Of a stretch of 56,474 nucleotides of DNA, positions 27,537 to 37,691 are shown piece by piece (the first letter of the stretch is position 1; each line of letters begins with the position of its first letter). The stretch comes from a bacterium (lineage in GTDB: Bacteria > Patescibacteriota > Minisyncoccia > Minisyncoccales > DAOVPY01): contig JAUVKU010000001.1 of the NCBI GenBank assembly GCA_030596105.1, positions 1 through 56,474 on the forward strand. Reading direction: 5' to 3'. The notes under the pieces are model-generated. The model saw only the letters and a program-made list of their open reading frames with translations, searched no databases and was not told the origin of the DNA. The position numbers were made by a program, and so were the translations under genes.

Positions 27537-28370
27537 ATGAATAGAAATGTAAATAAAAATATGCGTAGAAATTCTTTTTCTCAGAGAAATACAGCTTTAT
27601 TCATAATCATTGCGATTGTGTTTTTTGCGTTTTTGAATTTTTTCCAAAATCAAATAAAAAATTCGTTTTATTTAATTTCTTCGCCAATCCAAAAAACTTT
27701 TTGGAACGCTGGACAAAAATTTTACACATCTTTTGAAACGATTTACGAAATAAAAAATTTGAAAATCAAGAATCAAGAATTAAAACAAGAAAATAATAGA
27801 TTGTTATCTGAGATCGCAAGTCTAAACGAGCTTGTGAAAGAAAATGAAACATTAAGAAAGGCGTTAGATATTGAGTTAGAGAAAGAATTTAAATTAATTT
27901 TAGCAGACATAACCAGTAAAGACACTTCTCAAGATTCTATTTTAATTAACAAGGGACTCAAAGATAAAATCTTGAATGGTATGGTTGTTATTACGGAAGA
28001 AAAAGTTCTTTTAGGAAAAATTAGCGAAGCTTATAAAGACTTTTCTAGGGTAGCGCTTATTTCTAATAAAGAAAGCACTTTCTCTGGCGAAATTCTTGCG
28101 ACATCATCTGAAGAAAAAATTTCGGGAATTATTCAAGGCAGAGAAAAATCGTCATTATCTTTTATTCGTATTCCACAAGATAAAAAAATTTTTGAACAAG
28201 ATATTATAATAACTTGCGCGCTTGGCGGAAATTTTCCCTCAGGACTTTTGGTTGGCAAAATTAAAACTGTCAAAAAAAGCGACACCGAACCATTTCAACA
28301 AGCTGAAATTTTACCATTTTTCAATATTAAAAAAATACAAAAAATATTTATAATAAGAAATGCTTATTAA
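27537..28370 (+). CDS. mreC: rod shape-determining protein MreC
   Basis: N-terminal TM helix, coiled coil (NQELKQENNRLLSEIASLNELVKENETLRKAL), then beta-barrel domains, followed by mreD and PBP2. Start at ATG 27537, alternative 27561; the ORF-track TTG 27507 lies inside the 5S terminator. Confidence 0.8.
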   Translation: MNRNVNKNMRRNSFSQRNTALFIIIAIVFFAFLNFFQNQIKNSFYLISSPIQKTFWNAGQKFYTSFETIYEIKNLKIKNQELKQENNRLLSEIASLNELVKENETLRKALDIELEKEFKLILADITSKDTSQDSILINKGLKDKILNGMVVITEEKVLLGKISEAYKDFSRVALISNKESTFSGEILATSSEEKISGIIQGREKSSLSFIRIPQDKKIFEQDIIITCALGGNFPSGLLVGKIKTVKKSDTEPFQQAEILPFFNIKKIQKIFIIRNAY

Positions 28371-28704
28371 AAATTTTAAGAAAATTTTAATTGCGCTGTT
28401 TGTCTTTTATTTTTTATCTTTATTTCAATCTAGTTTTTTAGTTCATTTTAGTTTTGCTGGCATAACTCTAAATCTTATTTTTATAATTGTTTTATTGCTA
28501 AGTATTTTTGAAAATAAAAAAATTTCAGAACAATTATATAAAGAAAAATTTTGGTTAAAATATAGCACCTTGGGAGCAATTTTGGGTGGATTTTTCTTAG
28601 ATATTTTTTCAAGCCAATTTATTGGTTTCCATATTCTAATTTTACTTGGAACCGTTGCTGTTATTAAAATAATTCTTAAAAAATATGTGCGCATTCTAAT
28701 TTAA
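28360..28704 (+). CDS. mreD: rod shape-determining protein MreD-like membrane protein
   Basis: 114-aa polytopic membrane ORF overlapping the mreC stop and preceding PBP2. The call rests on position and hydrophobicity only. Confidence 0.55.
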   Translation: MLIKNFKKILIALFVFYFLSLFQSSFLVHFSFAGITLNLIFIIVLLLSIFENKKISEQLYKEKFWLKYSTLGAILGGFFLDIFSSQFIGFHILILLGTVAVIKIILKKYVRILI

Positions 28705-28711
28705 AAAACTT

Positions 28712-30682
28712 ATGACAAGGTTTAAAAAATTAAGAATAAAAAGGACTGAAAACGAAATAGAACCCCACGAAATTTTTTGGGATTCTTTGGCGCAAAAAAA
28801 AGAGAAAAAGTTCGGATTTTCAGAAAAAAAAATGGAGATACCTTTTTCAAAAAACACATCCATATTTCTTTATGCGATTTTTGCTATTACAATGCTCGTT
28901 TTTTTTGCTAAATCTTTTCAACTTCAAATAATAGAAAATGAACATTTGTCCATAAGGGCATCAGAAAACCGATTAAGAATGTATCAAATTAAACCCAAAA
29001 GAGGAGTTATTTATGATAGTAATTTTGAACAGCTCGTTTGGAACAAACCAAGTTTTGATTTAATTTTAGATAGAAAAAACTTCCCAAAAGACGAAGCAAA
29101 AGCTCAAAAAATTTTAAAAACAATTGCGGAAATTATAGATTCTATTTCTCTTGAAGACTTAAAAGAAAAAATAGAAAAAAACGAAACACCAATAATTTTA
29201 ATTTACGAAAACCTCAATCATTCAAATTTAGTTGCCCTTGAAGTGAAAATAAAAAATCAAAATGAATTTTCGGGAATAAAAATTGAAGAAAATACTGTTA
29301 GAGATTATGCTAATGGATCTGTTTTTGCTCATATAATAGGATATACTGGAAAAATAAATAAAAATGAACTTAAAAATCTTAAAAATTATTCATTTACTGA
29401 TTATATTGGAAAAACAGGATTAGAAAAATCATACGAAGAAATATTAAGGGGTGAGCCTGGCGAATTTCAATATGAAAAAAATGCGCAACAAGAAATAATA
29501 AAAAAATTTGTAAAAAAAGAACCAAAAACTGGAAAAAGTTTAATTCTTTGGATAGACGCAAATTTTCAAAAAATGATAGAAGGAGCACTGAAAGAACAAC
29601 TTAAAAAAATTGATGGGCAAAAGGGCGCAATTATCGCAATGAATCCAAAAAACGGAGCAATATTAGCGTTAATATCTTGGCCTAATTTTGATAATAATAA
29701 ATTCTCACAAGGAATTTCTCAAAAAGATTATGACGAAATTCAAAACAACCCAGCAAATCCTCTTTTTAACAGAATAATTGCTGGACAATACCTTACTGGA
29801 TCTACGATTAAACCTATTATCGGAATCGCCGCATTAGAAGAAAAAATCATTAGTGAAAGCACAAGCCTTTATTGTCCATTAAAACTTTGCGTTGAAAACA
29901 TATATTCACATGAAAAAGAATGTTATGGTGATTGGGCATTTCATGGATGGACGAATATAAAAAAGGGCATAGCAGAATCAGTAAATCCTTTCTTTTATAT
30001 TATTGGCGGGGGATATTGGGCGCCAAAAGACCTACTCTTAGAGAATCCAAACCTTCCTAAAAAATTTACTGGACTTGGAGTCGTAAAAATAAAAGAATAC
30101 CTTGAGCTTTTTGGTTGGGGTAAAAAAACAAACATTGATATTCCAGGAGAAAAAAATGGCTTTATTCCTGACGCTGAGTGGAAAAAGGAAATAATTGGCA
30201 ATTCTTGGACTCTCGGTAATACCTATCATCTCTCAATAGGACAAGGATATATTCAAGCAACGCCAATACAAATTGCTAATTCTTTTTCAGCTATTGCAAA
30301 CGAAGGAACTCTTTACAATCCACAACTAGTTAATAAAATCTTAGATGATGAAGGAAATACGATTACAGAAATAGAGCCAGAGATTATACGCCAAAATTTT
30401 ATTGATCCTAAAAATTTACAAATTACAAAACAAGGAATGAGAGATGCTGTAATCTATGGTTCAAGCGCTCTTTTACAAGACCTGCCAGTTAAAGTCGCCT
30501 CAAAAACTGGCACAGCTCAAACCCCCAAAAAAAATTATCACCATAATTGGGTAACAGTTTTCGCTCCTTACGACAATCCAGAAATCGTTTTAACCGTGCT
30601 TATTGAAGATGTGGAAGGTCTCCAATCAGCGTCCTTGCCACTCGCTAAAAAAATTTTAGAATACTATTTTCAAGCGAAATGA
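28712..30682 (+). CDS. mrdA: penicillin-binding protein 2 (elongation-specific transpeptidase)
   Basis: N-terminal anchor plus PBP dimerisation domain. Transpeptidase motifs STIKP (GSTIKPI) and KTGTA, in the mreCD context. Confidence 0.9.
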   Translation: MTRFKKLRIKRTENEIEPHEIFWDSLAQKKEKKFGFSEKKMEIPFSKNTSIFLYAIFAITMLVFFAKSFQLQIIENEHLSIRASENRLRMYQIKPKRGVIYDSNFEQLVWNKPSFDLILDRKNFPKDEAKAQKILKTIAEIIDSISLEDLKEKIEKNETPIILIYENLNHSNLVALEVKIKNQNEFSGIKIEENTVRDYANGSVFAHIIGYTGKINKNELKNLKNYSFTDYIGKTGLEKSYEEILRGEPGEFQYEKNAQQEIIKKFVKKEPKTGKSLILWIDANFQKMIEGALKEQLKKIDGQKGAIIAMNPKNGAILALISWPNFDNNKFSQGISQKDYDEIQNNPANPLFNRIIAGQYLTGSTIKPIIGIAALEEKIISESTSLYCPLKLCVENIYSHEKECYGDWAFHGWTNIKKGIAESVNPFFYIIGGGYWAPKDLLLENPNLPKKFTGLGVVKIKEYLELFGWGKKTNIDIPGEKNGFIPDAEWKKEIIGNSWTLGNTYHLSIGQGYIQATPIQIANSFSAIANEGTLYNPQLVNKILDDEGNTITEIEPEIIRQNFIDPKNLQITKQGMRDAVIYGSSALLQDLPVKVASKTGTAQTPKKNYHHNWVTVFAPYDNPEIVLTVLIEDVEGLQSASLPLAKKILEYYFQAK

Positions 30683-30798
30683 GCCAAATTGAATAAATTA
30701 TTTATTTTTTCAATTTGCGAATAAGCGAAGAAAATGCACTCCCTTGCGGATTCATTTTAAAACCGTTGAATAAAAAAATAAAAATACGAATACAGAGC

Positions 30799-30828
30799 TT
30801 GACCTAATATGAAATAATTTAATATAAT
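30799..30828 (+). promoter_or_regulatory. sigma70-like promoter upstream of greA
   Basis: TTGACC (30799-30804), 18-nt spacer, TATAAT (30823-30828). Confidence 0.4.
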
Positions 30829-30858
30829 GATTTTATAACATCATTCAATAATCTCAAT

Positions 30859-31314
30859 ATGAAAAAACAATTTACAAAACAAAGTTTAGAAAAATTTAAA
30901 AAGGACTTAACGCATTTAAAAAACATTGAACGAAAAGAGATATCTGAACGCATTAAAAAAGCTGCGGCTTATGGCGACCTGTCTGAAAACGCCGAATACA
31001 CAGAAGCAAAAGAAGCCCAAGCGTTTTTAGAAGGCAAAATTATGGAGATGCAAGAATTAATAGAAAGCGCTGTTGTTGTTTCTGGAAAAGGAATGCGTGG
31101 AGTTGTTCAAATAGGATCAACTATTTTACTCCAAAGCAAATTTGGAAAAGAAAAAATTCAAATAGTCGGACTTGGAGATGTCTCTCCTTTAGAAGGAAAA
31201 ATTTCACCTGATTCACCGATGGGAAAAACATTAATAAACAAACCAATAGGCGCAATTATAAGCATTGAAATGCCAAAAGGAAAAATTAATTATAAAATCC
31301 TAAAAATTGAATAA
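30859..31314 (+). CDS. greA: transcription elongation factor GreA
   Basis: Coiled-coil N-terminus with AAAYGDLSENAEYTEAKEAQ and a C-terminal FKBP-like domain (ISPDSPMGKTLINKPIG). Confidence 0.9.
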   Translation: MKKQFTKQSLEKFKKDLTHLKNIERKEISERIKKAAAYGDLSENAEYTEAKEAQAFLEGKIMEMQELIESAVVVSGKGMRGVVQIGSTILLQSKFGKEKIQIVGLGDVSPLEGKISPDSPMGKTLINKPIGAIISIEMPKGKINYKILKIE

Positions 31315-31368
31315 TAGACCCGTTGCCTAATAAACAACAGGTCTAATCTTATTCAACTAGCTACACCA

Positions 31369-31410
31369 ATTGAACCCCGCGCCATAATCTGGCACGGGGT
31401 TCAATTTTTT
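31369..31410 (+). terminator. rho-independent terminator after greA
   Basis: ATTGAACCCCG...CGGGGTTCAAT hairpin followed by TTTTTT. Confidence 0.8.
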
Positions 31411-31469
31411 GACCTTTTGGGGCAAATGAGATAAAATAAGATAAAATACAATATATAAAAACATAATGT

Positions 31470-32954
31470 ATGGCGACAATTGACGAACTCAAAAAAATAC
31501 GAATAAAAAAATTAGCAACTTTTAAAAGTGCTGGGATTGACCCCTATCCATTAAAAATAAAACGGACTCATTCTATTGCTGAGCTTTTTTCTAATTTCAA
31601 TAAATTAAAAAAATCTGAGAAGCAAATAACTGCTGTCGGAAGAATTATGTCAATAAGAGAGCATGGAGCTTTATCATTCTCGCACATTGAAGATGGAAGC
31701 GGAAAAATTCAAACATTTTTTTCGCGCAACAAACTTGGCAAAAACGCATACAATTTCTTTTTAGAAAATTTTGACATAGGAGACTTTATACAGATTTCTG
31801 GAATTTTATTTAAGACCAAACGAAAAGAAAAAACAATAGAAGTTTCAAAATACCATATTTTATCCAAATCTCTTTTGGCTCTGCCCGAAAAATGGCACGG
31901 ATTGCAAGATGTTGAAGAGCGTTCCAGAAAAAGATATTTAGATTTAATTTTTAACAAAGAAGTAAAAGAAAAATTTGAAACTCGTTCAAAAATCATAAAA
32001 GAAATACGAAATTTTTTAGATAAAAACGAGTTCTTAGAAGTGGAAACACCGATTCTGCAATCAATCTATGGGGGAGCAAAAGCAAAACCATTTAAAACGC
32101 ATTTGAACGCGCTTGATATGGATTTGTATCTAAAAATAGCTCACGAGCTTTATCTAAAACGACTCTTAGTGGGCGGATTTGAAAAGGTATATGAAATAGG
32201 AAGAATTTTTAGAAACGAGGGCGTGGATAGGTCGCATAACCCAGAATTTACAATGTTAGAATTTTATTGGGCTTATGCTGACTATAAAAATTTAATGAAA
32301 TTTACTGAAAAATTAATTATAAATTTAATTAAAAAAACAAATAAAAAATTAGAAATAGAATACAAGGAAAAGAAAATAAATTTCAAAGCTCCATGGGAAC
32401 GCATTGAATTCTCGCAATTATTAAGAAAATACACAAAGATTGATTTAGAAGATCTAAACACCGAAGCATTAGCCAAAAAAGCAAAAGAGCTTGGAATCAA
32501 AATTGAAAAAGGCGCAAGCAAAGCTGAAATAGCAGATGAGATTTATAAAAAATATTGTCGTCCCAAAATAGTAAATCCAACATTTGTAATTCATCACCCG
32601 ATGGGAACTTTTCCATTAGCAAAACAGCTTAAAGATAAAAATCATCTTGATTTCATTCAAGCCAAATTAGCTGATTTTCAATTGATAGCAGGGGGATTTG
32701 AACTCTGTAGCGCTTTTTCTGAACTTAATGACCCGATAGAGCAAAGAAAAAGATTTGAAGAACAAGAAAAACTATACAAAAAAGGATTTAAAGAAGCCCA
32801 AAGAACAGACAAGGATTTCTTGGAAGCGTTGGAACATGGCATGCCACCTGCCGCTGGCTTTGGAATGGGAATTGATAGATTAGTAGCCTTATTAACTAAC
32901 TCGCATTCAATAAAGGAGGTTATACTATTCCCAACAATGCGACCAAAAAAATAA
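31470..32954 (+). CDS. lysS: lysine--tRNA ligase (class II)
   Basis: OB-fold N-terminus and class II motifs (FLEVETPILQ, YLKIAHELYLKRLLVGGFEKVYEIGRIFRNEG, GMPPAAGFGMGIDRLV). Confidence 0.95.
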   Translation: MATIDELKKIRIKKLATFKSAGIDPYPLKIKRTHSIAELFSNFNKLKKSEKQITAVGRIMSIREHGALSFSHIEDGSGKIQTFFSRNKLGKNAYNFFLENFDIGDFIQISGILFKTKRKEKTIEVSKYHILSKSLLALPEKWHGLQDVEERSRKRYLDLIFNKEVKEKFETRSKIIKEIRNFLDKNEFLEVETPILQSIYGGAKAKPFKTHLNALDMDLYLKIAHELYLKRLLVGGFEKVYEIGRIFRNEGVDRSHNPEFTMLEFYWAYADYKNLMKFTEKLIINLIKKTNKKLEIEYKEKKINFKAPWERIEFSQLLRKYTKIDLEDLNTEALAKKAKELGIKIEKGASKAEIADEIYKKYCRPKIVNPTFVIHHPMGTFPLAKQLKDKNHLDFIQAKLADFQLIAGGFELCSAFSELNDPIEQRKRFEEQEKLYKKGFKEAQRTDKDFLEALEHGMPPAAGFGMGIDRLVALLTNSHSIKEVILFPTMRPKK

Positions 32955-32958
32955 AAAT

Positions 32959-34230
32959 ATGTTAGATATAAAATTCATAAGAGAAAATCCAAATTTAGTT
33001 AAAAAAGGATGTAAAGACAAACAAGTCAATGTTGATATTGACAAACTTTTAGAGGCAGACCAAAAAAAACGGGCGCTTTTACTCGCATTGGAAGACATGA
33101 GAACAAAAAAAAATAAAGCGAGCAAAGCAATCGTAGCTACAAAAAACGAAGCCGAAAAAAGAAAAATCATTCTTCAAATGCAAGAGCTAGACAAAAACAA
33201 CGATAAAATTGACGAAAAATTTAAAGAAGCTGAAAAACGACTTAACGATTTAATGCTTGATGTCCCTAATCCACCATTTGACAATGTAATAATTGGAAAA
33301 AACGATTCGGAAAATAAAACTCTAAGAGAAGTTGGGAAAAAACCAAAATTTAACTTTGAACAAAAAAATTATTTAGAAATTGCTGAAGATTTAGACCTTA
33401 TTGATATTAAAAGGGCGGCCAAAGTTTCTGGTAGTCGCTTTGGTTATCTTAAAAATGAAATTGCATTGATGGAATTTGCGTTGGTTAATTTAGCTTTTGA
33501 AACCTTGTTAAAAGAAAAATTTACGCCAATTATTCCGCCTGTAATGATTTCTGAAAAATCAATGAGCGCAATGGGCTATTTAGCTCATGGCGGAGAAGAC
33601 GAAACTTATCATTTTGAAAAAGACAACTTATATCTTACGGGCACATCAGAGCAATCAATAGGTCCAATGTACACAGATGAAGTTTTAGAAGAAAAAGAGC
33701 TTCCTAAGCGATTTGTTGGCTTCTCAACCTGTTTTAGAAGAGAGGCTGGCTCTTATGGAAAAGACACGAAAGGGATTTTAAGAGTTCATCAATTTGATAA
33801 ATTAGAAATGTTTAGTTTTTGCGATCCTAAAAAATCAAAAGATGAACATAAATTTTTCCTCTCAATGGAAGAAAAACTAATGCAATCTTTAAAATTGCCC
33901 TATAGAGTAATAGATATTTGTAGCGGCGATCTTGGTGATCCTGCTGCTCAAAAATATGATATTGAAACATGGATACCTTCGGAAAATAAATATCGCGAAA
34001 CGCATTCAACAAGCAATTGCACCGATTGGCAAGCAAGACGACTAAACATCCGTTATCGCAACCCCGAAACTCAAAAATTAGAATTCGTTCATACTGTAAA
34101 TGGCACTGCTTTTGCGATAGGCAGAACTCTAATTGCTATTATTGAAAACTATCAACAAAAAGATGGGGGCATAAAAATTCCGAAAGCTTTGCAAAAATAC
34201 TTGGGATTTAAAACTATTAACAAAAAATGA
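32959..34230 (+). CDS. serS: serine--tRNA ligase
   Basis: MLDIKFIRENP.. coiled-coil arm and class II motifs (FRREAGSYGKDTKGILRVHQFDKLE, TLNGTAFAIGRTLIAIIENYQ). Confidence 0.95.
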   Translation: MLDIKFIRENPNLVKKGCKDKQVNVDIDKLLEADQKKRALLLALEDMRTKKNKASKAIVATKNEAEKRKIILQMQELDKNNDKIDEKFKEAEKRLNDLMLDVPNPPFDNVIIGKNDSENKTLREVGKKPKFNFEQKNYLEIAEDLDLIDIKRAAKVSGSRFGYLKNEIALMEFALVNLAFETLLKEKFTPIIPPVMISEKSMSAMGYLAHGGEDETYHFEKDNLYLTGTSEQSIGPMYTDEVLEEKELPKRFVGFSTCFRREAGSYGKDTKGILRVHQFDKLEMFSFCDPKKSKDEHKFFLSMEEKLMQSLKLPYRVIDICSGDLGDPAAQKYDIETWIPSENKYRETHSTSNCTDWQARRLNIRYRNPETQKLEFVHTVNGTAFAIGRTLIAIIENYQQKDGGIKIPKALQKYLGFKTINKK

Positions 34231-34940
34231 AAACTTTAATTATTCTTCATGGCTGGCAAAGTTCAAGGGAAAAATGGGAAAATGTTAAAAAAGAAATTGA
34301 AAAACAAGGGACTAAGGTGATTTCTCTGGATTTGCCTGGATTTAAAAAAGAAACAGCGCTTTCAGAAGTATGGAATTTGGATAATTATGTTGAATGGTTC
34401 AAAGATTTTTCAGATAAATTCAATGAACCGTTTTTTTTGTTGGGACATTCATTCGGTGGACGAATCGCAATAAAATTTGCTGCGCAATATCCAGAAAAAT
34501 TAGAAGGACTGATTTTGGTCTCATCGGCTGGAATAAAACCAGAAACAAATAACAATCACCGTGCGATGCTTATTTTTGCAAAAAAAATACGCAAAACATT
34601 TTCGCATTTTAATTTTTATCCTCTTGCCAGAAAAATTTTCTACAAATATGTTTTTAAAACAACTGACTACATAAATTCTGAAAAAATCCCCTTTTTACAG
34701 GAAACATTTAAAAATATTATTGATGAAGATTTAAAATCCCAGCTATCTAAAATAAAAAGTAAAACCCTTATTATATGGGGGAACAAAGACATTCTAACGC
34801 CCGTATCCAATGGCTATTTAATGAAAGAAAAAATAAAAAACTCAAAATTGGAGATATTGAAAAATGTTGGGCACAATCCATATGTAACAGATTTTAAAAT
34901 TTTGTCTGAAAAAATTTCAAATTTTATCAAAAATTTTTAA
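34227..34940 (+). CDS. alpha/beta-fold hydrolase
   Basis: LIILHGWQSS, nucleophile elbow GHSFGG and a C-terminal GH (NVGHNPY). The start overlaps the serS stop (ATGA). Confidence 0.8.
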   Translation: MKTLIILHGWQSSREKWENVKKEIEKQGTKVISLDLPGFKKETALSEVWNLDNYVEWFKDFSDKFNEPFFLLGHSFGGRIAIKFAAQYPEKLEGLILVSSAGIKPETNNNHRAMLIFAKKIRKTFSHFNFYPLARKIFYKYVFKTTDYINSEKIPFLQETFKNIIDEDLKSQLSKIKSKTLIIWGNKDILTPVSNGYLMKEKIKNSKLEILKNVGHNPYVTDFKILSEKISNFIKNF

Positions 34941-34944
34941 CATT

Positions 34945-36666
34945 ATGCTTTCAATATTTTCTTTATTGCTTATTTCAATATCCATTTTTTGGCTCATTCG
35001 GTCAGCAAAAATAATTTTGTTTTGGGTTTATTTATGGCAATTAAAAGACTATCATATCCCTAGATTTTTAGCGCATTTCCAAACAGAAAAAGGCAGACAA
35101 ATTTTATTAAGCAAATTACGATTTTTAAAAATCATTTTATTGCTTTGCTTTTTATCTTCCAATATTATTTTATTCTTTCATGATGCTTTTGCTTCTACTG
35201 TCTTCTTGCCATTGATTCTTTTGGTCTTGTATTCTCTTGAATCAATTAGAACTATTAAGGGTTTTATTCAAAGAAAATTAAAAATGCCCGTTTTTACTAA
35301 AAAAACAATGCCAATTTTGGGATTGATTTTTATTCTATTTACCCTATGTCCTTTATTTCTTTGGCAAAAAATACAACAAACCGCTTTTATTTATAATTAT
35401 CCACCATTACTTAAATTTTGTTTTTCACTTTTATTAATTGACATTCTTTCTCCAATAATCTTATCTTTGCTTATTCTGTCTTTCCAGCCATTGACTGTTT
35501 TACTCCGCAATCAAATTTTAAAAAAGGCAAAATTAAAAAGAAAAAAACTGAAAGATCTTTTAGTGATTGGTATTACTGGAAGCTACGGCAAAACATCAAC
35601 AAAAGAATTTCTATACACTATTCTTGCTGAAAAATTCGGTAAAAATAAAATAGTAAAAACAAGCAAACATCAAAATTCAGAAATAGGAATTTCACAATGT
35701 ATTTTAAGAGATATAAAGCCGGAACATAAAATTTTCATTTGCGAAATGGGCGCATATATGAAGGGAGGAATAAAATTGCTTTGCAATATCGCTAAACCAA
35801 AAATCGGCATTTTAACTGGAATAAACCAGCAACATTTAGCAACATTCGGCTCGCAAGAAAAAATAGTAAAAACAAAATTTGAACTAATTAAATCTTTACC
35901 CGAAAATGGTATCGCAATTTTAAACGGAAACAACAAACATATTATTTCAGAACTTGCCACAATCAATAAAACAATAAAAACAGGCATAAAAAAACTCTAT
36001 TCAATAAAAGAAAAAAAAGATATTTGGGCCGAAGATATAAATGTCCAAAAAGAAAAAGTTTTGTTTAAAGTTTTTTCAAAAGATGGAGATTCTGCTAATT
36101 TTATAATAAACTTATTGGGATCGCGAAGTATTGAAAATATTTTGGCAGCAACTGTTTGCGCTAAAGAACTTGGAATGAGTTTAAATGAAATTTCAAAAGC
36201 TTGTGAAAAAATAGAACCAATTCATGGTTTGGGAAAATTAATAAAAGAGCAAAATGGCTTAAATATAATTGACGCCACTTATTCTGCAAACCCCGATAGC
36301 GTAATTTCACATCTTAATTATTTAAAAGTTTGGAATCACGAAACTATCCGTGGCGTTGAATGTAAAAAAATAATTATAATGCCTTGCTTGATAGAGTTGG
36401 GAAACACGGCAAAACACATTCACCAAAAAATAGGAGGGAAAATAGGCGAAATTTGCGACTTAGCGATTATCACCACTAAAGAATATTTTGATGAAATAAA
36501 AAATTCCGCCGTGGAAAGCGGAATGGATAAAAAAAATATTTTATTCATTGAAAATCCAGAAACAATTTTAAAAAAAATAAAAACCTTTTGCAGGGTAGGG
36601 GACATAATCTTGCTTGAAAGTCGAGCGCCAAAAAAAGTAATTAAGAATCTAACAAAAACAAAATAA
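34945..36666 (+). CDS. Mur-ligase-family protein (MurF-like) with about 195-aa polytopic N-terminal membrane domain
   Basis: aa 1-195 contain about six hydrophobic helices. Then come the Mur ligase P-loop GITGSYGKTSTKE, middle-domain motifs, and a C-terminal IDATYSANPDS like the MurF DxYNANPxS. Confidence 0.7.
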   Translation: MLSIFSLLLISISIFWLIRSAKIILFWVYLWQLKDYHIPRFLAHFQTEKGRQILLSKLRFLKIILLLCFLSSNIILFFHDAFASTVFLPLILLVLYSLESIRTIKGFIQRKLKMPVFTKKTMPILGLIFILFTLCPLFLWQKIQQTAFIYNYPPLLKFCFSLLLIDILSPIILSLLILSFQPLTVLLRNQILKKAKLKRKKLKDLLVIGITGSYGKTSTKEFLYTILAEKFGKNKIVKTSKHQNSEIGISQCILRDIKPEHKIFICEMGAYMKGGIKLLCNIAKPKIGILTGINQQHLATFGSQEKIVKTKFELIKSLPENGIAILNGNNKHIISELATINKTIKTGIKKLYSIKEKKDIWAEDINVQKEKVLFKVFSKDGDSANFIINLLGSRSIENILAATVCAKELGMSLNEISKACEKIEPIHGLGKLIKEQNGLNIIDATYSANPDSVISHLNYLKVWNHETIRGVECKKIIIMPCLIELGNTAKHIHQKIGGKIGEICDLAIITTKEYFDEIKNSAVESGMDKKNILFIENPETILKKIKTFCRVGDIILLESRAPKKVIKNLTKTK

Positions 36667-36685
36667 AATACAAGGGGGGGAAATT

Positions 36686-36712
36686 AAAAAAAGAGGATAA
36701 ATCCTCTTTTAA
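36686..36712. terminator. bidirectional hairpin terminator between convergent genes
   Basis: AAAGAGGAT-AAA-TCCTCTTT flanked by an A run and a T run. Confidence 0.65.
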
Positions 36713-36723
36713 ATTCTTATTAT

Positions 36724-37056
36724 TTACTTGTTCATGGCTACTATTATGGCGGTAACAGCAAGAGTTAGAATAATCCCCGCAATTACCTGTACCCAAAACA
36801 TCAACGCGGTAAGCCATGTTGCCTCAATACCTGTAAATTCTGATACCCATGGCCAAATGACAAAATACATTACTAAGACTTGAATTATCACTCCGCCGAA
36901 AGGAATAATCGCCAAAAGCAATACTATGCCATAAAGCACTGCCAGAATAAGCACTGCCAACATTCCGCCAACTCCGCCGTATACGAAATACGCGGTAGCA
37001 ACAAAAAAAACCAAAATAAGCCAATCGCACCCAGTAAATCCTGTTTTTGCGTTCAT
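36724..37056 (-). CDS. small polytopic membrane protein (110 aa), hypothetical
   Basis: Three to four TM helices, strong SD GGGGGTGA, visibly higher GC than its neighbours. Confidence 0.6.
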   Translation of the reverse strand: MNAKTGFTGCDWLILVFFVATAYFVYGGVGGMLAVLILAVLYGIVLLLAIIPFGGVIIQVLVMYFVIWPWVSEFTGIEATWLTALMFWVQVIAGIILTLAVTAIIVAMNK

Positions 37057-37091
37057 TTTTTCTTTTTCACCCCCTAATTTTTTAAATAGCT

Positions 37092-37601
37092 ATGTTTACT
37101 AAATATAAAGTATTATACAAAACAATCGTGATTTTGTCAATAGCTGTGATAACGGGTAATTTAATTTTGCCGAATTTTTCTTTTGCCCAACAAAACAACG
37201 AAATAAACAAATCAGCGGGGGAGTTAACCAAAACATCAGAAAAATCAATTGAAACTCCAAAAGATTTTGGCGAAGCAAAAGACCTTGTAATCCAAATTAT
37301 AAAACCCTTACCAGCTAGTATAGAAAAAGCATGGCAAAAAACAAAAAAAATCTGGCAAAATACATGGATTAAATGGTGGAATAATCGTATATATCCATGG
37401 CTTAAAACAACTTGGCAAAAAACAGCGAAACCATACACAGATAAAGCAATAGAGAAAATCAAACTTTTTTTACATATAGAAATTGAAAAAAGAAAATCAA
37501 TTATAGAGCAAGAACTTGAAAAAGAAAAACAAGAACTAATTGAGGAATTTCCAAAACATAGCAAAACGCTTTGGCAAAAATTTATAGAATTATTAAAATA
37601 G
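37092..37601 (+). CDS. secreted or membrane-anchored Trp/Lys-rich hypothetical protein (169 aa)
   Basis: N-terminal signal/anchor (IVILSIAVITGNLILPNFSFAQQ). WQKTKKIWQNTWIKWWNNRIYPWLKTTWQKT segment. Followed by a palindromic terminator. Confidence 0.6.
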   Translation: MFTKYKVLYKTIVILSIAVITGNLILPNFSFAQQNNEINKSAGELTKTSEKSIETPKDFGEAKDLVIQIIKPLPASIEKAWQKTKKIWQNTWIKWWNNRIYPWLKTTWQKTAKPYTDKAIEKIKLFLHIEIEKRKSIIEQELEKEKQELIEEFPKHSKTLWQKFIELLK

Positions 37602-37622
37602 AAACTGGTTTAAACCAGTTTT
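37602..37622 (+). terminator. palindromic hairpin terminator
   Basis: AAACTGG-TTTAAA-CCAGTTT followed by T. Confidence 0.55.
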
Positions 37623-37662
37623 AAATCATAAGACTGTTTAGTGATTTTTAGTGGGGAAGGGG

Positions 37663-37691
37663 TTGACACGGCTTTTCAAGTCGTATATTAT
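37663..37691 (+). promoter_or_regulatory. near-consensus orphan promoter inside a GC-rich inverted repeat
   Basis: TTGACA (37663-37668), 17-nt spacer, TATTAT (37686-37691), 295 nt upstream of the recombinase ATG. Confidence 0.45.

Noticed and set aside
37082-37564. 160-aa minus-strand ORF antisense to the 169-aa secreted-protein gene.
   Set aside because: It is a mirror frame of a Lys/Glu/Trp-rich gene, producing Phe/Ser/Cys/Ile-rich low-complexity sequence. It has no SD and its start would overlap the divergent gene. The + strand ORF has a signal peptide and a terminator.
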